64,000 bases of DNA from Candidatus Latescibacterota bacterium (GTDB taxonomy: Bacteria > Latescibacterota > UBA2968), in assembly GCA_965204745.1 (NCBI GenBank), contig OZ242010.1, positions 2,880,001 through 2,944,000 of the forward strand. The letters are read 5' to 3'. Both the position numbers and the translations under genes were made by a program. Below, one piece after another: positions 56,551 through 64,000 of the stretch; position 1 is the stretch's first letter; every line of letters starts with the position of its first letter. Under the pieces are notes generated by a model that saw only the letters and a list, made by a program, of their open reading frames with translations, was not told the DNA's origin and did not search any database.

Positions 56551-57471
56551 TCACTCGGTTTCGACGTAAGGCATTATCCGCGCATGAAACGCGCCGTTTT
56601 CCACATTGTTCGATGCTTTGACCTCTCGAAACAGGGATTGCCGCTTGGGGTGCATGGAAGCCAACAAGTCCGGATGCGGCAACCACGAATGCCAGCGGGT
56701 TGCCACCGCGTTGTACAGGTTGAACACCGCCAACCGGTTGTCGTCCTCATTCGTCCACGGATGCGCGCTGTGCGAAATCGCTTCGGTGAAGAAAATCACG
56801 GATCCCGCGTCGCATTCGTACGTGTCCCAAATAGGCGAATCCACCTCAAAAGCCGAGGCCGGTGCCGGATACGCTGCTTTGTGGCTGCCCGAAATGAACA
56901 GGGTGCCGCCCTGCCGGTATTTTACGGGATTCAATTCCCACGCCGCGCGCGTCAACCCGCTCCACGCCTTGCCCGGCACACAGCGATAATAATGCGAATC
57001 CCACGGCGGGCGAAACAGGCCATTGCCATTGTGCGGACTGAATTTGCCCGGCACGTATTCATGCGCGGAGCGATACATCAAGTGCGAGGTTTCCAAGCGA
57101 AAGCCATAACTCTCTTCGCTCGCGCACGGCGGATAGGCCAAAAACTCGTTCAAAAAGCCCACCACGACGGGATGATCCATCAGCTTTTGCAGAGGGCCGC
57201 TCAGGGTGCAACGCTCGGCTTCGGAAAACCCCTCGGGATCGCGGTGCAATCGTTCAGCGTACTCCTGCATTTCCGTCAATTCATCCCCTTTGATTACGCC
57301 CGGGACCAACAACCACCCATTGCGATCAAAGTCGTACTTCTGCTTTTGCGTCAACGGCACGACCGGCGCGCCATCGGCAGTTGTGGCGGTCAAATCCCCG
57401 GCCTGTGTGAGTTGCACGCTGCCCAGATTTTTGTTGATCACAAAGGGGGTTGCGTTCACGATTTGTTTCAT
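56551..57471 (-). CDS. PhyH-family Fe/2OG oxygenase paralog B, H-N-G variant
   Basis: Close paralog of 55612-56532; PHNGNG, GSHK, FTEAISHSAHPW. Confidence 0.8.
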   Translation of the reverse strand: MKQIVNATPFVINKNLGSVQLTQAGDLTATTADGAPVVPLTQKQKYDFDRNGWLLVPGVIKGDELTEMQEYAERLHRDPEGFSEAERCTLSGPLQKLMDHPVVVGFLNEFLAYPPCASEESYGFRLETSHLMYRSAHEYVPGKFSPHNGNGLFRPPWDSHYYRCVPGKAWSGLTRAAWELNPVKYRQGGTLFISGSHKAAYPAPASAFEVDSPIWDTYECDAGSVIFFTEAISHSAHPWTNEDDNRLAVFNLYNAVATRWHSWLPHPDLLASMHPKRQSLFREVKASNNVENGAFHARIMPYVETE

Positions 57472-57484
57472 CTGAGATTCCTTT

Positions 57485-58951
57485 CTACGGTTGAGACAGG
57501 CGGTGAAGTGGGATATAGGGCGTCTCGAGTTCATTGACCATAAATCCCTCGCGCTTGTTCTTATCTCGCAATGCGGTCAGTGTCAAGCTGTTGCCCTTGC
57601 GCTTTGTGCTGTTGCACGGCGCGCAGAGCAGGGCGCGGTTATACACGCTGTTCGCACCGCCATCTGAGCGCGGGCGAATATGGTCGAGTTGCAAATAATC
57701 GGGATGGCGAAACTCCGCGCCACATCCCCAGCATACAACGCCTGTCAGATGCCCCAACTGCTTGCTCGTCTCCTCGATGAGATAGGTTTTCTTCCGGTCA
57801 TTCGTCCACTTCGCGCTCTCGTCCTCGTTGCCCAAGGGTTGCTTGCGCTTGCCCTTGATACGCAAGGGCGGTACGGCTACATGCTTGTCATCCGTGCGCG
57901 TGATAGGCTTGTCGATCAGATGGACATCATATTCAGAAAACCAAAAGTCAGTTTGGCTATCGACCTCCATGTGCTTGGCGAGGTCTTTCAAAGACCTCTT
58001 GGATTGCCGACTGCCGGGGTTGAGTCCGTTCTGATACAAACGCACCAACACTTGCTCATGTGCTTCCTCCCAAATGTCAGAACCAATCCATTGTCGTCCA
58101 AGTTTTTCTGCGGCGACACACGTTGTCGCACATCCGCAGAATGGATCGAAAACAACATCGCCAGGGTTACTGCTGGCTTTGATGATGCGCTCCGACAAGG
58201 CCACGGGCTTCTGTGTGGGATAGCCAGTGCGCTCTCGGGCAATACGTCCCACGGGAGAAAAATCAGGCCACCATGTTTCAGGGACTTTGCCCTTTGCGAG
58301 GTATTGGTCACGATCATCGGGGAGCAATGCTTTGGTGATCATCGCTCCTTTTCTGTTTGTATTGAGTTGTTTGTGTGGAATGCGAACTCTATCTCTGTTG
58401 AAAGTCCATTTCTCCCCTTTTGTGTACCAAAAAAGCGTGTCATGTTTGCGATTAAATTGGCGCATGTTGGGAGACCCCGGTCCTGTGTAACACCACACAA
58501 TCTCATTGCGAAAGTTCTTCTTTTCAAAGATAGCATCCAGCATAGCCTTAATATAGTGGCTTGCTGTGGGATCGCAATGCAGATACAGGCTCCCATCGTC
58601 TCGCAGTATCCTGTGCATCTCGATTATTCGGACGCCCAGCCAACACAGGAACGCCGCCATGTCTTGCCCATAAGCCATCTCTGCGGCTTCGATCACAAAC
58701 CACACCGCCGGATAGTCGTCTTGAATCTGATCCTTCCATTTTGGATGGACGTCATCATCCCACGACCACCTGTCTTGAAACCTTGCACCAGACGCCAAGC
58801 TACCGGGCGTGGCATGAAAATCCCGCCCTTTGTTGAAGGGCGGGTCTGTGGCGACGAGATGAACGCTGTTGCTGTTCAGCCCGCGCATGAAGTCCAAGTT
58901 GTCACCATGATATAGCGTCCGATTGGGGACGTTCAAGATGCCTTGCGGCAT
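57485..58951 (-). CDS. Beta-class DNA methyltransferase fused to a C-terminal HNH endonuclease
   Basis: TDPPFN, YPTQKP, FDPFCGCAT; C-terminal CWGC...LDHIRPRS.GG.N...N..LLC..CN..K; GAAAGGAG RBS. Confidence 0.88.
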   Translation of the reverse strand: MPQGILNVPNRTLYHGDNLDFMRGLNSNSVHLVATDPPFNKGRDFHATPGSLASGARFQDRWSWDDDVHPKWKDQIQDDYPAVWFVIEAAEMAYGQDMAAFLCWLGVRIIEMHRILRDDGSLYLHCDPTASHYIKAMLDAIFEKKNFRNEIVWCYTGPGSPNMRQFNRKHDTLFWYTKGEKWTFNRDRVRIPHKQLNTNRKGAMITKALLPDDRDQYLAKGKVPETWWPDFSPVGRIARERTGYPTQKPVALSERIIKASSNPGDVVFDPFCGCATTCVAAEKLGRQWIGSDIWEEAHEQVLVRLYQNGLNPGSRQSKRSLKDLAKHMEVDSQTDFWFSEYDVHLIDKPITRTDDKHVAVPPLRIKGKRKQPLGNEDESAKWTNDRKKTYLIEETSKQLGHLTGVVCWGCGAEFRHPDYLQLDHIRPRSDGGANSVYNRALLCAPCNSTKRKGNSLTLTALRDKNKREGFMVNELETPYIPLHRLSQP

Positions 58952-59069
58952 GATGTTGCTCCTTTCAGCGTTATTGACTGATGTTACGCACAAATCAACA
59001 TATGCCTCGCTTGCTTGTTTAATGCGTTTGGTTCTAGAGCATCGTTGGTTGCTTTCGATGCCTTCGGCG

Positions 59070-59110
59070 ACTTACTTTTTTTCAACAGCAAAAAAAAGTA
59101 AGCAAAAAAT
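59070..59110. repeat. A/T-tract hairpin TTACTTTTTTT-N7-AAAAAAAGTAA
   Basis: 11-bp inverted repeat in the intergenic region. Confidence 0.6.
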
Positions 59111-59320
59111 GCCGCTCTCAAACGCCGAGAGGCTTGCACAGCGCAAATCGCTTTTGTAATCGCACAATATGCGTCAGCCTGCAAGGTGGGTTGCATAATG
59201 GATGTGGGTTGCGAGACGGACTTGCGCGCTGTGCCTGATGGCTTGATCGGATGGTGTTTTGCGAAGTACTTTGTGCGATGGTTTGTTTCATGTACTGCGG
59301 AACTTCAGTGAGATAATCCA

Positions 59321-60391
59321 TCAACTAAGCCTCTGGTAGAGTTCGGCATTCTTCTCGAGCAAATATTCGCAGATTTCTACAAATCTCATATCCCGGAACA
59401 CGCCATTTTGAAAAAAGTCAATCACGTCACCTTTTACTACACAATATGACCCAGTGCCACCCGGTCTAAATCCCAGATGGTTGCCAATCACAATGCGTAT
59501 GATCTCGGGAATGATGGCGGCAACGATGTTGGCTGTGTAGTTTCCGGACTGCTCAGCGTTAAGTTTTAGATCTGGGATCCGCCCCGCGTGCGTTAGGACA
59601 TTACGCGCCTTGTTGACATGTCGCACCCGAGTCTTTTGATCGGGAGTTGGAGGCGTATCTATAATCTCAAGCGATTGCAGGAGCGAAATCAATTTGTCCG
59701 CTAAACTGAAAGATAAAGTTGGGCCGTCATTAACTTGACTATGTAGCATACGCTTATACCGTTCCGCTTGATCCGACTGGAGTTCCGTTTTGAGTTTTTT
59801 GCGGGTGCGCTTGTCGACCTTCTGGTAGGTCGTATGATGCTGGTCGAGAATGATGTTGAGGGCCGTGCAGTACAAAGCGGCGCGAGATTGCAACGGGGCG
59901 GCGTTCATTGCCTTGTTGTATAAGAGCAGAGCGCGGTGCAAATTGTTGGGTACTAAGTTCGCCCTATTCTGCCATGCAAGTGCTGTTACGCGCAAGGTCT
60001 CACTTAGAGCTACGGCGTAGTCGCCATATCCATGGGGGGAAAACCTTTCGCGGTACTCTGCGGTTGCGACATGTCTGCCCGTCAAAAAAGTGAGCAGATG
60101 GCACAAATCCCATTGCCCGCCATCGTCGGCTGTTTCGTTGAGAAGAATACTCTTTTCTTCGGGGCCGTCCCACGACATCGTTGCCGTGGCTTGCCAAGTG
60201 CCTTTGCGTTCCGGCAAAGTTTGCAGTCCGGCCTCGCTGATGATCTGTCTTAGAGGTTGAAACAATTTAGAAACCTTGACGTCGTAATCGTCTGCGAGAC
60301 GCACGCTCAGGCAACCGATTTCGCGTTCTGACCATGAGGGGCCGGGCCGCGATTCGCCCATGTAGAGATTGAAAAGATCGAGCGTTTTCAT
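59321..60391 (-). CDS. Hypothetical protein with C-terminal HEPN-like R-x4-H motif (ApeA-like)
   Basis: LL.FLTGR, AL..Y..A, ARNVLTHAG; lower GC than flanks. Confidence 0.65.
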   Translation of the reverse strand: MKTLDLFNLYMGESRPGPSWSEREIGCLSVRLADDYDVKVSKLFQPLRQIISEAGLQTLPERKGTWQATATMSWDGPEEKSILLNETADDGGQWDLCHLLTFLTGRHVATAEYRERFSPHGYGDYAVALSETLRVTALAWQNRANLVPNNLHRALLLYNKAMNAAPLQSRAALYCTALNIILDQHHTTYQKVDKRTRKKLKTELQSDQAERYKRMLHSQVNDGPTLSFSLADKLISLLQSLEIIDTPPTPDQKTRVRHVNKARNVLTHAGRIPDLKLNAEQSGNYTANIVAAIIPEIIRIVIGNHLGFRPGGTGSYCVVKGDVIDFFQNGVFRDMRFVEICEYLLEKNAELYQRLS

Positions 60392-60404
60392 CGCGTTTTT
60401 CCTT

Positions 60405-61208
60405 TCAGAGATTTTGGATTGCATAGACCGCTTTGTCGATTTGGTCTGCGGTGATGGATTCGGCTAGGGCGTCGAAACCGAGCAACAAGGCGATGTCGCA
60501 GATGTTGTTCATTTCTCGCGGGATGCCGTTAGATGCGCGGTAGAGCGCGTCGAGGGCGGCTTTGTCAAATAAGGGCCGTTTGCGTCCGGCTTTCTTCAGG
60601 CGCGTTTGCACATAGGCGTGGGTTTCCTCGCGCTTGAGCGGTACGAGGTGCGATTCGCGGGCGACCTGTTGTGCCAACGGGTCGAGGCTTGCGACGCGGT
60701 CTTTGAGGGCAGGCGGGCCGATGAGGATCAAGGTGAGAAAGAACCGGTCATTGCGCTGGAAGCTGAACAGGGATTGCAATTCCGCAAAGGTGTCGTCGTC
60801 TTCAATGGCTTGGGCCTCATCGACAATGACGACCGTGTACTTGCCTGCATTGGCACTTTTGACGACCTGAACCTCGAGGGCGCGGCGCAGGGCGGAGATG
60901 GCGTGCGATTGCGTTTCAACGCCCAACTGGTTGAGCAGGTCCCGCAGAAAATCGCGCGGGGAAAGGCCGGATTTGGTCATCAGGGCAATGGCGTACCTGT
61001 CCGGGGACAGGTCTTGGATGAGGATGCGGCTCAAGACGGTCTTGCCGCAACCGGTGTCGCCCGTCAGCACGGCGGCGCCCATGCGTTTGTCGATTGCGTA
61101 AAACATGTGCAACAATGCCTTTTGGTGGTCCGTTGCGGGATAGAAAAACCGCGGGTCCGGAACATTTTCAAATGGCAGTTCTCTCAAGTTCCAATAGTCC
61201 TGATACAC
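60405..61208 (-). CDS. ExeA/GspA-family AAA ATPase
   Basis: Y..YWNL.E.PF...PDPRFFY, GDTGCGKT, IVDEAQ, LILIG.P.L, S.GIPR.MN.ICD.ALL. Confidence 0.9.
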   Translation of the reverse strand: MYQDYWNLRELPFENVPDPRFFYPATDHQKALLHMFYAIDKRMGAAVLTGDTGCGKTVLSRILIQDLSPDRYAIALMTKSGLSPRDFLRDLLNQLGVETQSHAISALRRALEVQVVKSANAGKYTVVIVDEAQAIEDDDTFAELQSLFSFQRNDRFFLTLILIGPPALKDRVASLDPLAQQVARESHLVPLKREETHAYVQTRLKKAGRKRPLFDKAALDALYRASNGIPREMNNICDIALLLGFDALAESITADQIDKAVYAIQNL

Positions 61209-61526
61209 GCTCGTGATCCTTTGTGTGAAATCCGATGGCAATGCCTATCGGCGCGGTGGTTGAATACGACACGCATTCCAAACGAATATAGGTACGCAAG
61301 GCGGTCTGTGTCAAGCGAACGAAATGGGCAACGCGGTGGTTGTAGAGGCGTTCAAGGCACTGCTTCGGACAAGCACAGTACGATAGCCTTTCATCCTGCG
61401 TAATCCGCTGTCAACGACGAGAGGCGCGACCACTCATCCCGCGTAAAATACTTTGACGAACTGCGTCCGTAGCCTATATTGCGCGGTAATCATCGATGTT
61501 TTTCGCCGTTCATCGCGGAGGTCTGT

Positions 61527-63050
61527 ATGGCTTGGTGGCAATCCGTTTTGCTGGCCACTTACAGCCTTGTGTTTGCGTTGTTGTTGCTCGTCAGCCTGCA
61601 CCGGCACTTGATGGTCCATCTCTATTACAAGCACAGGCGCGTGCGGCCCATGCCCCGCGGCGCGTTTGACGAATGGCCCGTCGTCACCGTGCAACTGCCC
61701 GTGTTTAACGAACGCTATGTGGTCGAGCGGCTGATTCGCGCAGTCGCCAACATGGATTATCCACGCGAGCGGCTCGAAATTCAGGTGTTGGACGATTCGA
61801 CCGATGAAACGACCGCGATAGCCGCGCAATGCGTGGATGAACTTCGGCGTTCAGGGGTAGCTATCGCGCTGATCCATCGCGACGTACGCACCGGGTACAA
61901 GGCGGGCGCGCTGGCAGAGGGATTACGGGTTGCGCGGGGCGAGTTCATCGCGATTTTTGACGCGGATTTTTTGCCGCCGCCCGAGTTTTTGAAGCGCGTC
62001 ATCCCGCATTTTACGGATTCGGAAGTGGGCATGGTTCAGACGCGCTGGGGGCACTTGAACCGGGAGTACTCGTTGTTGACGCGGGTACAGGCCATTTATC
62101 TCGACGGGCATTTTGTGATGGAACACGGCGCGCGCAGCCGGTCGGGCCTGTTTTTCAATTTCAATGGCACGGCAGGCATTTGGCGGCGGACGTGCATCGA
62201 CGACGCGGGCGGCTGGCAACACGATACCCTGACCGAAGACCTGGATTTGAGTTATCGCGCACAGTTGGCGGGTTGGCGGTTTGTCTATTTATCCGATGCC
62301 GTGACGCCGGCCGAAATCCCAGTGGAGGTCAATGCTTGGAAGTCGCAGCAGTTTCGATGGGCAAAAGGATCTGTGCAGACCGCGAAAAAAAATCTGCGGA
62401 CCCTGTTGAAAAGTCGGTTTCCGTGGCGCGTCAAGGGCGAGGCCGCGTTTCATTTGGTGACGAATTTTTCCTATCTGTTGATGGTGATGATCTCGGTGCT
62501 CATTTTTCCCGCGATTGTTCTGCGCGAAGACTTGGGTTGGCTCAGGGTGTTGCTGATCGACTTTCCCCTGTTTGTCGGCGCGACCGGGGTGATCTCGCGG
62601 TATTACATCCACGCGCAGCGCGAAATTTATTCGGATTGGAAGGCGCGCATTTTGTATTTGCCGTGCGTGTTGGCGTTGGGCATGGGCATTTCGTTGAACA
62701 ATGCGCGGGGCGTGCTTCAGGCATTGCGCGGGCACGAGACCGCGTTTCAGCGCACGCCGAAGTATCGGGTTGTGGGGCGCGCTGGCAACTGGTGGCGCGA
62801 GACTTATGCGATAAAAAAGAACATGACGGCATTTTTGGAAATCGGCCTCGGGTTTTACTTGCTGATCGCCATGGCGTATTCGATAGGGCGCGGGCTGTAC
62901 TTTCCCGTGCCATTCCTAATGTTATTTGCCTCGGGCTTTTTTTTTGTGGGCGGCATGTCGTTGTTCCAAGGGCTTTGGGCGCGCCTAAATGCACAGCGGT
63001 TGGCGGTTGGCGATCTGCGGTTAGCGGTTGGCGATCAGACGGAGGAGTAG
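61527..63050 (+). CDS. GT2 processive glycosyltransferase (cellulose synthase-like)
   Basis: QLPVFNE, DDSTD, GYKAGAL, FDADF, TEDLD, QQFRWAKG; multiple TMs. Confidence 0.92.
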   Translation: MAWWQSVLLATYSLVFALLLLVSLHRHLMVHLYYKHRRVRPMPRGAFDEWPVVTVQLPVFNERYVVERLIRAVANMDYPRERLEIQVLDDSTDETTAIAAQCVDELRRSGVAIALIHRDVRTGYKAGALAEGLRVARGEFIAIFDADFLPPPEFLKRVIPHFTDSEVGMVQTRWGHLNREYSLLTRVQAIYLDGHFVMEHGARSRSGLFFNFNGTAGIWRRTCIDDAGGWQHDTLTEDLDLSYRAQLAGWRFVYLSDAVTPAEIPVEVNAWKSQQFRWAKGSVQTAKKNLRTLLKSRFPWRVKGEAAFHLVTNFSYLLMVMISVLIFPAIVLREDLGWLRVLLIDFPLFVGATGVISRYYIHAQREIYSDWKARILYLPCVLALGMGISLNNARGVLQALRGHETAFQRTPKYRVVGRAGNWWRETYAIKKNMTAFLEIGLGFYLLIAMAYSIGRGLYFPVPFLMLFASGFFFVGGMSLFQGLWARLNAQRLAVGDLRLAVGDQTEE

Positions 63051-63151
63051 GCGTTGTATCCCAAGCGGAACGCGAAGGGTCGTTTTCTTGTCTAATAAGG
63101 CGCGACGTAGTGCTGAAAATAGCCCCAAATAAAGCGGATTGACCCATGGTA

Positions 63152-64000
63152 ATGCGACTCAAAAATTCCTATTTGTGGGCGTATGCCGCAGCCATTTTGT
63201 TGCACATTGCGATCCTCGGCTTGGAAAATCCCCTTTTCGTCATCGCGCCGCCAAAGGCAGACGACGCGGTGTCGCCACCGATGATTTTTGAATTTGTCGA
63301 TGTGCCCACGCGCAAAGACGATGCGCGGCCCGAAGAAACCCGGCTGATCGCAGAGCGGGATCAACTCGCACGGGATCGGCAGACCGAACCCCTGCCGGAA
63401 GACCACTCGCCGTTTTCCGAAGGGATGGCGCGGGCAAAGGATATGGCGATGGCAGCGCAGGGCCAGGCGCGCAATCGGGCGCGAGATGCGGACGCGGCGC
63501 GGGAGCTGAAAGCGGCAGAGCATCCCCGATTCAGCTTTGCAGATGTGTTGCAGAAAAGCCCGGATGAAGCGCGGCAAGAACGGGAACGGGTCGTACTCGG
63601 CGGGGTAATGTTGCCCGAACAGCGCGTTCAGCAGGACAATCGCCAAACCCGTGCGCTGGAACGCGGGGGGTTGCAACTGAGCACTTACGCTTGGAATTAC
63701 GCGCCCTATTTGACCTATCTCAAGCGGCGGATCGAAGGAAATATTTTTCCGCCCCGGGCATTTGATTTGGGGATGCTCGAGGGCACGACTCGGGTGAAAT
63801 TTAGAATCTGGCGCGATGGGCGGCTCGAAGGCCCGGAACTCATCGACTACAAAGGCAGTGATCTGTTGCGCGATACGAGTTTGAAGGCCGTTGAACTCTC
63901 TGCGCGGTTCAAGGCACTGCCGCCGGATTTTCCGGATGAGTACCTCGAAATTGTGGGCGCGTTTGAATATATTATCCTCGGCAAAGGACCAAGGCGGCAA
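63152..64000 (+). CDS. TonB/TolA C-terminal-domain membrane protein, runs off the window end (not in ORF track)
   Basis: Translated by hand: MRLKNSYLWAYAAAILLHIAIL (TM with His)...YAPYLTYLKRRIEGN...GTTRVKFRIWRDG.L...DTSLKAV....F..LP.DFP. Confidence 0.8.
   Translation, partial: MRLKNSYLWAYAAAILLHIAILGLENPLFVIAPPKADDAVSPPMIFEFVDVPTRKDDARPEETRLIAERDQLARDRQTEPLPEDHSPFSEGMARAKDMAMAAQGQARNRARDADAARELKAAEHPRFSFADVLQKSPDEARQERERVVLGGVMLPEQRVQQDNRQTRALERGGLQLSTYAWNYAPYLTYLKRRIEGNIFPPRAFDLGMLEGTTRVKFRIWRDGRLEGPELIDYKGSDLLRDTSLKAVELSARFKALPPDFPDEYLEIVGAFEYIILGKGPRRQ

Noticed and set aside
59118-59324. 68-aa ORF overlapping the HEPN-like gene stop
   Set aside because: Low-complexity composition and no motif; cannot be supported from sequence alone.
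63092-64000. Minus-strand 302-aa ORF in the track
   Set aside because: Shadow of the plus-strand TonB/TolA-like gene, which has recognisable motifs.

Overview
64 kb of a GC-rich diderm bacterial chromosome. The PhyH/TauD/sulfatase content, giant CARDB-LRR and GLUG/Calx-beta surface proteins, and dockerin-like modules suggest a sponge-symbiont-type lineage (Latescibacterota/Gemmatimonadota/Poribacteria-like); this is inference only. The core backbone is purH, dapL, skp-bamA-clpC-lolD-lysS-prfB (+1 frameshift)-lolA-ftsK(4TM only), tsaD, nhaC, moaE-moaD-pncB, PHP, def, GT2 and a TonB/TolA-like gene. It is interrupted by accessory modules: an IS5/IS903 end, two giant repeat surface proteins, an orphan N4-C MTase next to radC, a small defence island at 45-49.7 kb, and a MTase-HNH plus HEPN pair. 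Many intergenic regions are mosaics of a few dispersed repeat modules: a ~220-bp TIR-bounded MITE, a 36-bp palindrome, GTAG-type REPs, and 7-, 9- and 21-bp microsatellites. These bracket accessory genes and in several cases supply gene stop codons or C-termini. Best candidates for novelty: (1) a direct-repeat-flanked three-gene cassette (DUF3467-like + GWD-motif protein with an overprinted tail + ART/RES-like protein) resembling a toxin-antitoxin-chaperone system; (2) an LRR array hypervariable only at binding-face codons; (3) three tandem PhyH paralogs with H-x-G instead of H-x-D (halogenase-like signature); (4) a HAD-YvcK/CofD fusion operon. All family assignments come from motif recognition by eye; no database searches were run.
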